Positions 52,335-64,000 of a DNA stretch of 64,000 nucleotides are shown here, one piece after another. The notes beneath the pieces are model-generated. The model was not told the DNA's origin. It did not search any database and worked only from the letters and a program-made list of their open reading frames with translations. Source of the DNA: Takakia lepidozioides (Eukaryota > Plantae > Bryophyta); the NCBI GenBank assembly GCA_030704615.1, contig CM060733.1:40424001-40488000 (forward strand), in the 5' to 3' direction. How positions within the stretch are numbered: position 1 is the stretch's first letter; each line of letters opens with the position of its first letter. A program made the translations under genes and the position numbers.

Positions 52335-55300
52335 ATGCAGTGGATCAAGAAGCACGTTGGTCATGGGGAGGATACGGGGAAGCAGGAGCAGGCTCCTTTC
52401 ATCATTGGGTCCGACAAATGGATGGGCAGCACCGCGCAGCAGAACCAAAATCAAAGCCCAGGGTCGTCCGGTCCCCCTCAAGAAACTTCAGAATTAAGCC
52501 CATCGTCACCGCCAGAAAGCGGAAACTCTCCAGTAACTGGGTCACAGTCTGTGGGCGATGCAGGGACAAATACAGAGAACCCGGAAGTCACACAATACAC
52601 CCCAGAAAGCGGCTCAAAAAACACTGCCACCAACCGGCCGTCGAATTACCCCGAAATTTACCAAGGAGGTGCAGCAGAGGTGAATAATGATCAAGCTGTG
52701 GGTTCCACAACGGATGCTCTGAAAGAGCTGTCGGTTGATAGAGAGAAAGAAGGGGGAAAGGGCGAAGTGGAATCATCTGCAGAAGTTTTGGTGAAGATTG
52801 GGGGCGCAATTGTCCACTTGATTGATGAACAGGAGAGCCCTCACTTGGTTACTGGAGATTTTTCAGTCATCCGAATCAATCAGCAGGGAAATGGGATCGT
52901 TGTGTTCATCCATGTTGGAGACAGCCTTAGTTGGCCAGTGATGAAAGATTCGCCTACTGTGAAGCTTGATCCAACCCACTATTTTTTCACCCTTCCTGTG
53001 CCTCCTGCAGTGGATGAAGTAGAGATTGACGGCAATGGCGGTTCTGGAAAGGTATGTTCTACAGTTTTTTGCTGTTGTTTCTTTGGGTCATGTGTCTGAA
53101 CCCAGTTGAATTTACCTACTGTGAGGTAGGAACCTGTACCGTTATGATTTTGTTGACGAGCCCCTGCTCGGTTTGGATGAAGCACAAGTGAGGCCGAATG
53201 CCTCTTCAAGAGGGAAGAACGATTGTTGATTTATGACGTCCACAGGACTCCTGAAGTGGAGAAGAGTTCTACTCATGAAAATTGCGGGCACCCAACACTA
53301 AAGGAATGTGAGAAGACTACAATCGACACAATCATATGAGGAAAAGGGGGAGGACTGAAGGAGAGAACTTGGGGGTGACTAACATTTTGGAAGGTAGTTG
53401 GATTTTCTAAATGTTAAATGTGAGTTTGTGTGTGTGAAATACTGCTGTCATGTCAAGACAGGATATAACTGATTTATCCAAAATCATTCCAGAATATCTC
53501 TCTTTTATTTTTGGCTTACCTTTATTCAAGGGGGGGGAAGTAGAGACTACGTCCCTTCTAGTTCCCACAACCAGAGAAGTTAACACCACCTTGTTAGTCC
53601 AGCACTAGAAAAACAAGACTACCGTGCATCAGACACTACCCAAACCAAAGCCAAAGCTGCCAAACACGGGTTTCAGAGCTATGATAGAACTATACGAAGC
53701 AACCGAACCTCATATACAAGGTTGGGAGAAGAAAGTCATTAGCACTCCTAGCTATCAAGGCAAAGGTGAAGCCTCACCTGCTCCCATCCTATCCAGAGCC
53801 ACAAACAATAGTTGGTGAGAAATAGCAGGCTTCGTCAGCCTCACTTAGTTGTTATCCATGTACACCAAGAAAGATAGGACAAAGGAGCAATGTCTAAATG
53901 TCCGATGAACGGTAAAAACATGAAGACAGACAAGTGGATACAGGCAAAACTATATTTCAGAGATAGAGAAGGTACTCTTAAGATGTTTGCAGTAGCCTTG
54001 TGCCCGCCCAGTTTGGAACAAGAGGCAACATGCACTACCTTTGCGAGAGGCTCACTCCAGCGTGGGACTTGACTTGATATAAGCAATTAGTTTAGGGTTT
54101 AAGGTTAGGGGGGAGAGATTGTACTCATAAGACGTTGTTTGCCGTAGCCTTGTGGCCATTGACCCCGCGCCCAGTTTGAGCGGGAACAAAAGGGACAGAA
54201 CCTACCTCTGTCAGGGGCTGACGTTGGTAGTAAGACTTACCTCCATATAAAGAATTAATCCGGGTTTTCCAGATATCCTCTAGAAAACCCTTCACACAAG
54301 CATCAATCTGCTGTGTGTGATTTGCCCAAAAACTAGGCCTCAGGAGGGCCTGGGCTTTTGGCTCAGCCTCGAGACTTTCAAAGTTGGTAAACAGGGGTAC
54401 AGGCACAATTCCCTTAATAGATTTGAAGAGAGCGTCTCTTTGGTGAGAGAACCGCGGACAGTGTATCAGAAAATGAATACTGTCTTCAGATTGCCCACAC
54501 AACGGGCAATTGCACTCTCCCTTTCCTCTCTGCTTCTGTTTGCTGTTCAAAGGTAGGCTTCCTGCCCTGAGTTTAAATTTCAGTCTAGTGCCGAGAGTGG
54601 GTAGACCCTTGAGGTCATCCAAGATGTCCTCCCCCATGTCACAGACTGGAAACAAGTTCAGGGAAGTTTTCTGCCTAACTTCATTGTTAGGGGGGAGAGA
54701 GACAGAGAGAGAGAATGTACTCATCAGACGTTGTTTGCCGTAGCCTTGTGGCCATTGACCCCGCGCCCAGTTTGAGCGGAACACAAAGGGACAGAACCTA
54801 CCTCTGTCAGGGGCTGACGTCGGTAGTAAGACTTACCTTGGTGTAAAACATTGATCCGGGTTTTCCAGATATCCTCTAGAAAACCCTTCACACAAGCATC
54901 AATCTGCTGTGTGTGGTTTGCCCAATAACTAGGCCCCTGATTTTTGCTCAGCCTCGAGACTTTCAAAGTTGGTAAACAGAGGTACAGCCACAATTCCCTT
55001 GATAGATTTGAGGAGAGCGTCTCTCTGGTGAGAGAACCCCGGACAGTGAATCAGGAAATTAATATTGTCTTCGGGTTGCCCACACAACGGGCTTCTGTTT
55101 GCTGTTCAAAGGTAGGCTTCCTGCCCTGAGTTTAAATGTCAGTCTAGTGCCAAGAGTGGGTAGACCCTTGAGGTCATCCATGATGTCCTTCCCCATGTCA
55201 CAGACTGGAAACAAGTTCAGGGAGGTTTTCTGCCTAACTTCATTTTCATCAGACAATTTCCTGGCAACATGGCTTTAGACACTACAGCCTCTAAGTCAGA

Positions 55301-58300
55301 TTTATCCAGCAGGTTCAAGACTTGCAGGTCCAGATTCAGATCCTTGAGAATCTCTTCTACTCTCTTCTGCCAGGATTTAGCCTGTTTGACAGGATGGTCC
55401 TGTTTCCAAGATATGGAGTCGATTAACTTAGGATATCTGGTGTTGGACAAGTGTTGCAGCTGACCCCACCATCTGACCTTGAATTCATCTCATCCTTACA
55501 TTTAAGGAAGGGATGCCAAACTCACCCCGAATAGCCACATTGGCTGTTTTGGAGCATGCTGACATGCACTCCTTAAGTACCACCACTTGAATGGATTCTA
55601 GAGACTTAGCCTGGTTGGAGTTATCAACCCATATTGCAGATGCGAACTCCAAGGCAGGTCTAATAACGCGACAAAGCATGGTTTTCTTGACCTCAGAGTT
55701 GATCCCTCTGCAGTGGAAAAATTTAGTGAGACCCAGCTTTTCGCCCTTGCCCGGATATGTGCATTCCAGTTACAGTTGGAGGAAAACTCAACGCCCAGGT
55801 ATGTGTAGGAAGGGAGGACCGGAAATCTTGGCTACCCCACTGCCACTTGAGATCACTTCCTCCCTCTCCTCTGTCGTTGATTGCCACCAGTGCACATCTA
55901 CTGACGTTAGCCTCTAGCCCCCAAAGGTCAAAGTATCTGTTCACGCAATCAATCAACTCCTGGAGGTTGGAAGGAGTCTCCCCTATGCCTGCGAAGTCAT
56001 CCGCAAATGGAAGGGCTGGTATGGTGGCATCACCCACCTTAACCCAAATCCCTCACTTCGAGGAGTTGATTGATGAAAACATTGAAGAGGGGGAGAGGGT
56101 ACATCCTTGAGCTACACCTTGGTCTATGTCAAAGAAGTTAGACTTCTGTCCATTAACAGTGACACAACTTTTGGTGTGAGCATACAAGTTATGGAGAACT
56201 CTCCACATCTTTCCCTTGATCCCACAAGACCAGAGGCGGAGCCATAGACCATCTCTCCACACTGTGTCATAAGCCTTTTTGACATCCAAGAAAAAAACCT
56301 AAGTGGGTTTCCCTTCTTTTTTCCTTCCCTGGATAATCTGGCTTAGAGTGAAGATATGATCCACACAGCCCCTGTTTCGCCGAAAGCCAGCTTGGCTTTC
56401 GTGGAAACAACCTCTAGATTCCAGATCAACCTCGAGACAAGTACTTATAACTCTGCAAAATATCTTGCCAACAGCAGTGAGGAGCGCGATGCCACGATAG
56501 TTCCCCGTTTTTTCTCTGTCACCCTTCTTGTATAGATTGACAATGACCCCCTGTCGCCAGCAAAAGGGGATCATTTCTGTCTTCCAGATAATCTTAAAGA
56601 GGAGAACTAGGGCCTCTATCATGGGATCGCCACCGTGCTTGATAAGCTTGTTTACAATGCCATCAGGTCCACCAGCTTTATATCCGTTTAAATGCTCAAT
56701 TGCTTCCACAATCTCAGAAGAACTAATGGGAGCGTTGTAAGACTTTGGAATATATTCCAGGTCATCAGGGCTGTTTTGAATCATGGGAACAGTTTTTCCA
56801 ACCGTGTCGTTCCATTCTTCAGAGGACCCCTCACTGTTAGACCTAGAAGTTCTGCCAAGGATACTGTAGTTCTTTGTTGGTTTTCAAATTGCAGCACTCT
56901 TTATAGAGGACACGTCTCTCAGCTATCTTGAGTTTAATCTCATTGGTCCACCAATCAACAGCTCTACCACAGACAATTAGTTTCCTCCCAATGATCTTGT
57001 CAGCCACAGAGGAGACGAAACTCTCCCAAGAATCCACTGCTCTTTCAACTTCATTTCTTGCATTGTCAGAGCGAGACTGAAGGTCTTGGAGCGAGTGGAC
57101 AAAGTGAGGGAGGGCCTGGACATACTCAGCCTTGACCTCTTCATTATGGAATTTTTCTATGCGCCACTTCCGAATTGAATGATTCACAGATCTCTGGGTG
57201 TTGGGAAAACACCTTTTGATCTCAGTCATGGTCAGAGGTACCAATATCAGTTCTGTCGATCAACACACTGGCACACTGGGGAAACAAATTTTTGTCCATT
57301 ATGATATAATCCACAATGGAATGTTCCCCAGTTTGGGCTTTCTCACGAGTCCACTGAGAGAGAGAGAGAGAGAGAAGTATTTTCAGGTCCACAGGTATGA
57401 GACCGAAAGAAAGCTCCAGATTTTCAATCCAAAGTAAGACTTCGAATGACACAACAAATTTCATAGTTAGCCTTGCCGCAAGAACGCGGGGTATATGTCC
57501 TGGTGCTTGTGCCAGGTTGACAAACCGTAGGTTATCCCGATCAATATATATATTACATCCAAGAGAGAACTATATTATCCCGTCATGAGTGATGAAGGCC
57601 TGTATGAGTGGATTGTGGAAGAAAAATTTCAACTTCAATTATGCAGGTTTCAGGTCTCTGCATCGAAGTGTTATTATGTGCTAAACCCGCTGTGTTGCCC
57701 CTTCAAAGAAATCAGTTAGTCATTCTTATGGTTGTTACTCTTTTACAGTTCTTTCAATGACAAAGGAGCAGTGGACTCTTTGTACTTTCTTTGACTGGGA
57801 GTTAAACCATGTTTTCATTCAATGGTTGGTTTGAAATGTTTGTAGACGAAGGACAGTCACAGTCCAGAGGAAATCGAAACACTGAACTATGGAGTTACAT
57901 TTCCAGTGTCTGGGCAGGAGAAGGCTCTGGCAGAGCTTGATAAAATACTGGAACAGTATTCTTTCTTTTCTTCCCCTTCTCTTGTTCATGGAGACAAAAA
58001 CAGAGATGAGCTGGTAAAACGGGCACAGGAAGCAGGAGAGAAAGCGGGGGTGGAAGCCGAGTCTCCTTACATTGTACCTAAAGATCAGAAAGTACCTAGT
58101 GCTATTGAAGGTCCACATGATGATTTTGGTGGAATGGTTTTGCCTCCAGAAATGGTCTCCAGTGATGGAAAGAAGGTACGACGGACATAGACTAGTCTCA
58201 AAAGTTGATGAACGTTATTCTGCCTAAATAGACAGGTAGTTATTGTTTTTCTTTGCTGTCTGGTGAGGAACAAAGTACCTTTAGGGCATATTCATTGCTA

Positions 58301-60854
58301 GTGTTCAACCCTCCTGGAGCTGGCCGAGGGAGATCTTATTGGTTTGAAGCTGGTATAGACTCCATACTAACAAAGCACGATATTGACTCCAGAATTGCCA
58401 CTGTGCCTATGGATGCGCCACATGTCACTATACTTAGTGGTCATGCATGGAAGACACGCAGGGAGGGAGGGACACACTGTTCAAGGATTTTTCTGCATCT
58501 TGCTGAGTAGCTCATTTTCCTTTCCATGCACCTCCCTCATAACTCTGGAACCAACACATTAAGGGGGGGCATCTTTTAAACATCTTTTAACTATGTATAA
58601 ACATTGTTAAAATCACGTTGCTGATGCATTGCAGTTCTGGTCATTTTTCAGATCACAGAGCAAAACCAATCCAATTTTTGGACTACAATGGCTCCCAATG
58701 TTGATGACTATGGGACTAGTACAGCAAGGGGAATTGCAACAGGGTCAGGGCATATAATAAAGGGTATTTTCTGGGTGAGAGATTCAACAGTGGCCCAGCT
58801 GGAAAGTGGTTCTATTTACATGAAGAGTAAAATAAAGCCGAAGGACAAACCCAGTCAAATCAGCCCTCGGACTCTTCGTAACTTGCACCGGTAAGCCGGT
58901 CTCCCTCTATCTCTCTCATTTTGTTCTCATGAGTTATACTATGTCCTACACGGCCTTTGGTGGGGAAAAATATATCTCCTATCTCCTTTACATCTCTTTC
59001 TCTCTTATGAGCTTTCCGCAGTCGTTATAAAGTACCATTTCATTTCATTTCTCTCATAAAAGGACAGGGGGAAGACCCCAGATCAAAGTTCAGTAGCAAA
59101 TTCTTCACAAAACGCCTCAGCGTAGAAAGCATAGGGAGCCACACAAGCTTGCCTAAGGCCCCAAAACAGAAGTCCTCAGTAAACAAGAAGCCAAAGAAGC
59201 TTCCATAACTAAAACTGAAGACAAACAAAGCTATATCCATCTGTGTTGCATTTTGTAGGATCCCCTTATTATATTACTGATTATGGCCACTACTTGGGCT
59301 ATGCTGATACTTCATGTGGTTTGGTGTGAAAGTCCAGGGTGAGGAAGATGTCGAGGGCAACAGACCATGTGGCTAAAAGTGTGCTGACTGGTGTAGTGCT
59401 GACCACGGGCTTTTTCATGGGTTCTGTTATATCTTCAAAAGCCGGCAAAAAGTTCTTCAAGCTGTTACCTGGAGAGGTGGCACTTGTTTCACTTGACGCC
59501 TTTGGTAAGTGGAGAACCTCTTTAGTGTGGTGATCACTCTCTGTTTCTTGCTAGCCTTCACCCTGGTGATTCATATTTAACGGTGTCTTGAACATAGTGT
59601 CTTCCACCAGTACCAGATTCCAACCATGGCCAAGGGGTAGAAATTTGTGGATTTTTTCACTGTGGCTTAGAAGGTAGATTATAAAACCTTGACACATTGG
59701 GGCCTGACAATCTCACCCGTTGATTGCATGAACACTGGATTGGAGGTGTATCTATGAACCCAAAGCCTACTGGTCAAGGCTCCGTAAAGGCAAAAGTGCG
59801 CACCATTTGAATTTGCTTTCGACTTTTGGCTGAGTAAGTGTGGTTGCTTGCAGGGATGCTGTTCGATGCAGTGGAGAAGGCAACAACAGATGTGCTGGAG
59901 TCCACTTCCTTTATGACCCAAAATATTGTCGCTCACAGGTTTGATTCCCCATCCCTGTCTTGGTCCCTATCTCTCCTTGTCACATGGGCCCTCTGGCCTC
60001 TCTTGGATGTAATTTCTTTCCTCCTTTCTTTCTTCCTTGTACCCCGCCCAATCCCCTTCTATTTCTTGAACTTCGTAACTACCCAGAGTAACCGTAGCCA
60101 CATTTCAGATCTTTTCAACCCAGAAAGCTAAAACAGCAGTGTTACAATTGACTGCATGATTTCTAATTTCTGGCCATGAGCATGCATTTAGATAATAATT
60201 CACATCCTCTGTCAGGAGCTGATGAAGTCAGGGGACTCCTGGGTGCTTGTCACTGATGCATGACTAGCTTGTGTGGCCTGATACCCCACTGATGTCAAGA
60301 GTTCCGCACTGTTTTGTTTGGTGACCTTTGCAATGGAAGTCTGGATTCTCCCCCACAGTTATGTATGTGTATACGTACATATAATACATGGTCACCTTTT
60401 GTGACTAGCTAGGTCAATCTCAGACATGCACACTGGATCTATCAAGTACAGAGCACTAAGGCATTTTTCATGCTGAGATTATCTCCTGAAGAGGGAAAGA
60501 AGTGTGCGGGGGGTGGGGGGGGAAGGGGCTCAGATTGCAAGTCTAATGCCCCAAATCTAGGCCATGTGTTTGGGGATTGTGTTCCCCTTTCTGGTTTTTT
60601 CAGGAACCGTCCACGTATGTTATGCAAGCTTCTCATTTTGAGACAATGCATTGACTTCATGCAGATATGGAGAATCGGCTGGCCAGGTGACAGAAGAAAC
60701 TATTGCAACCGCTGGGCACTTGGTTTCTACAGTATGGACTGTCGCCAAATTGCGGAAAGCCCTCATGCCAGAAGACGGCGTCACAAAACTGACCAAAACT
60801 GGTATGGTGAAAGCTGCAGCAAAATCAGTTTTCACTGGAGGGAAGAGCAAGTAA
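52335..60854 (+). CDS. ERD7: ERD7-like senescence/spartin-associated protein; exons 52335-53051, 57846-58175, 58652-58890, 59338-59504, 59854-59938, 60665-60854 (575 aa)
   Basis: EVLVKIGGAIVHLIDEQES, LNYGVTF, FWTTMAPNVDDY, IATGSGHIIKGI, KKFFKLLPGEVALVSLDAF, HRYGESAG. All introns are GT-AG and the phases join into one open frame of 1728 nt. Confidence 0.92.
53972..54060 (-). mobile_element. old diverged 3' end of the same RTE-X-like LINE family
   Basis: GTACTCTTAAGATGTTTGCAGTAGCCTTGTGCCCGCCCAGTTTG resembles the family 3' terminus. Confidence 0.55.
54119..54685 (-). mobile_element. short 5'-truncated RTE-X-like LINE
   Basis: Perfect 15-bp TSD GTTAGGGGGGAGAGA (54104-54118, 54686-54700). Confidence 0.9.
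54716..57355 (-). mobile_element. RTE-X-like LINE (EN end, RT, C-terminal region), 5'-truncated, in intron 1
   Basis: VDYI..SDH (APE end), KAGGPDGI, NYRGIALL, QAGFRR, DVKKAYDTV, GVAQGCTLSP, FADD. Bounded by (GA)n tracts on both sides. Confidence 0.9.
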
Positions 60855-62727
60855 TATCACACAGAGTGGCTTGGATGTAAATGGGACACAACATGCACAA
60901 TATTGGTGGGTTCCACCCTATTAGGGGTATTCATGATATATGGGTTGGCAGTGACATCGTGCTGCAACACATGATGGTAATTATGGCAGCTGCTTATCAT
61001 ACATTGTGTAAGTGGAGATTTACTGCCAGTCAAACTTGTTTGCAATTGGTAAGAAGAGTGTACCTACACTACCAGAGAGTCCTACCAGAGTGTCCTGAGA
61101 GTCGAGCTCTTTTGTACAGAGTTTTTCTCTCCTTTTACAGAGATGTATTGATAGGCCAAAAATAAGATCGGTATCCCCAAATCCACGGATTTCCAATGAC
61201 ATCAAGATAGAATTAAGTGTGGTTGTATCACTCAAAAAGAGGGAAATGAAATGAAATGGTACTTTATAACGTCCGCAGAAAGAAAGAGAGAAACTGTATA
61301 ATGCTTTCAGGAGGCTGAAAGAGCTTATGGGACAAGAGGAAGCAGGGTTCAAGGAAGTGGGGCCCTCAACAGGCAGCCCAAAAACAAGCCATTCTCTAAG
61401 GTCCAGAACCTCATATTATATGCAGCCAAGCATTTTTAGTTCTCACAATGAAGCACTTCAGTGAGGGAAAGCAAAGATACAGATAGGTGTGGAGCAGAGA
61501 TAACAGAAAATTGTGCAAAATTAAAATCGAGATAGCAAGAGCTGTTTGTACTTTTCTTGGTTTGTAGCAGTGCCAGCTGCCTTGGCAGGATGATGGTCTG
61601 TCGATCCGATTTCTTTCCATATGTGTGGTGTCATACTTGAATTGGAACATACTTGTGAAACTTACATTGGCGCGTTGAAGTCTGGTGCTTGTGTGGGAAG
61701 CTGGTTTTATGTCACGTGAAGAGGGGGTCAGAGATCAACTGCAACTCCTTCTGGGATCCTCAATACATGTAACCTCTGTCCAACCCCAACTCACAATGGT
61801 GTCAAGTTTCAACCTTACGTCTAGCCTTTTGTTGTTGAACACATGCTACCTCAACACAGCAAAGAGACATAACAGTTCTATCAGAGTTGCTGCGTATATT
61901 TTGCTAGACTCTGAGTTGCATGTCTTGGCTTCGTTTGTGGACTCTAGCGCAGAGACTTTGCATCGCGTTGAAGAGAATGGACAATATCCGGTCAACCGTA
62001 CTACTATTGGGCTGAAAACATGTCAATGCTGTATGTTGTGCTGAGTCATGCCAATTAGGAAGTATTCCATGCACCCTCCCCTCGTACCCTCCTCCTAGCG
62101 TGCAACGCGTCCCTCTCAGGCCAGTGCGCGCTCCTTTTCTCATTGTTTCAGCGTAGGCGGCCTCGCTGGAAGCATGCTTTCGTGTCTCAGCTATTATTAC
62201 TGCATGGCTCGTTTTAATATCTGCATGTGTTAGCGCAGGCTTTCTCGTCTCCCTCCCTTCTCCCCTTGTCGGCGCTTTACTCCTGAGCTGCAGTCCCGCC
62301 CTCGCTTCTGCGCCCTCTCTCCAGCTCTTCGTGCGCGCTGATTCGCTTTCCCAGCCTGCGCTGCGCTCTGTCGGTTCTTCATCGTCGATTATCCCTGCCT
62401 GCGGCTTCCTGCTTTATATGGAGTTTATTTGATGCTAGGCTGTCAGCTGCAGTCGGCAAGGTAGTCAGTTGCAATTATTTGGATTCCTAGTGTGGCGGCT
62501 CTCCCTCCCGCCTGGCTCCTATCTCCTGGTGTGCGCCACGCAGTCTCCTGCATTGCGCCCCCAGCATTTACTTGTTCCCCGCCCGCTGCCCATTCCTGGC
62601 CTTCTTCCTCTGATCAGTTCACTCACTCCTTCTTAACGTGATCTCCCCGCCTTCGCTTGGCTCCTTCTCTTTGCTGTGCGCGTGCTCTTGCAATCTTGTA
62701 TTGCATCTCTTCTTCTCTCTGCCGATC

Positions 62728-63185
62728 ATGACCTCTAGGGGTGCCCCCTCCCGCAAGAAGAGATCGAGATCCGGAGTCAGCTCAAGAGGTAGGGGTAGTT
62801 GGGTGACCCGCACCACCGCTCCCTCATTTTAGGCAAGGGCCCAGACGCAGCTGGTCCATCTCAGGGGATGGATTTGATCCCCTGGGCTGAGTCAGTGGCC
62901 CCTATCTCTGATTCTCAGGAAATCATTCCGCTGGACTTAGAATGCCTGAGAGCTCACTCAGCTAAAATGCAGCAGCATGGCATTCTTGTGCACTTTCCAG
63001 AGAGACCGAAAGACAGATTGGGCGAGGAAATGGATTATAGAGCACTTGGGGGCAGAAGGCGGTCTCACGCACCATTTCTGCCACTCCATGGGCAGGGGCT
63101 TTTATCCAGTGAAGTTCGGTTCAAAGGAGGATGCAGAGAGGGCCCTGGCTTTCAACACCAGCAAGTCGCGCTTCAAGGTACACAT
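62728..63185 (+). mobile_element. L1-like LINE 5' part: ORF1 N-terminus (DUF4283-like), preceded by a pyrimidine-rich leader
   Basis: HGILVHF..WARKWI..SMGRGFYPVKFGSKEDAERAL; frameshifted and cut by the Copia-4 LTR. Confidence 0.65.
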
Positions 63186-64000
63186 TGTAGAAATAACAAA
63201 CCACCTGATCTGTAACTATAAAGTCAGGGTTATCTGTAACACACAAATAGAACTAGAGTCAGCAAGATTTGCTGTAAAGTAGTTAGTCATCAATGAAAGA
63301 GACAACTGGGTAGATAGAAATTAAGCTGATAGAGTTATTAGCACACGGATGCTATAAACATAGGTAGGTGAGGTAACCAGTATAAGAGGTAACCAGTGTA
63401 ACCAGTATATGTCTCAGATCACCGTTCTTGTGGAGATCTATTATAGTAAAGCTTGAGCTTTATGTTGCTGAGTTTTTCTAACATGGTATTAGAGCCAGCC
63501 ATTTGATCCTTAGCTTACAGATAGATACAAGAGTCTACGGTCATGACTTCAGAGATTTCAGTGGAAGAGCGTGGTGTTCAGGAGTCAGAGGTGACTAGTC
63601 CTGCAAGGAGAACGACGCTCAAAGCACTCGAAATTCCACACTCGTCGAGAATGACAGGAGGTAGTGAGGGAGCTATCTTTGAAGTCAACAAGCTGGCGGG
63701 AATAGCCAATTATCAGACTTGGAGGTTCAGGTTGAGGGTAGTAGTGTATCTGACTACCTAAGAAATGTGCAGGATCTGCACCAGCAGTTGCTAGCGATGG
63801 GAGATGTCATACCAAATGAAGATATCGTCATGGCAATACTCAATGCTCTACCTAAGAGCTATGAGTCATTCATACAAAGCATCTCCAGCAGGGACGAATT
63901 TCCTACACTTGATCAGTTCTATCACGAAGAAACTAGGAGGGAGATGAAGGGAACCAAGAAGGTTGAGGAGGAGGCCTTGATCATGAAGTTTAAGAAGCTA
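63186..64000 (+). mobile_element. Ty1/Copia 5' end (Copia-4): LTR, PBS and gag
   Basis: LTR TGTAGAAA...TTTCTAACA (63186-63483); PBS TGGTATTAGAGCC (63484-63496, near-canonical tRNA-iMet 3' end); gag KLAGIANYQTWRFRL and AILNALPKSYESFIQSI. Confidence 0.85.

Overview
Eukaryotic land-plant DNA, probably a non-seed plant such as a bryophyte or lycophyte (inferred from half-tRNA-primed Copia elements, RTE-X-like LINEs and PLS-PPR fragments). It is dominated by nested transposons. There is one apparently intact host gene, a 6-exon ERD7/senescence-spartin family gene (52335-60854, about 575 aa) whose first intron is stacked with LINEs. A FAMA/SMF-type (bHLH Ia, stomatal-regulator family) gene has been destroyed by two Copia insertions plus a 3.2-kb inversion that can be reconstructed from an inverted TSD. 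Other elements: a 7.9-kb non-autonomous hAT (15-bp TIR, 8-bp TSD) carrying PPR fragments, a CACTA end and a LINE; four Copia elements; and a three-level nest of Copia < Dualen/RandI-like LINE < 12.2-kb CACTA. The LINE has RNase H, a restriction-like endonuclease and a PCIF1-like methyltransferase motif set. The CACTA carries an intronless protein kinase and a TnpA-like gene linked to an FCP1/NIF HAD-phosphatase-like domain. All domain calls are from motif recognition by eye; no searches were run.
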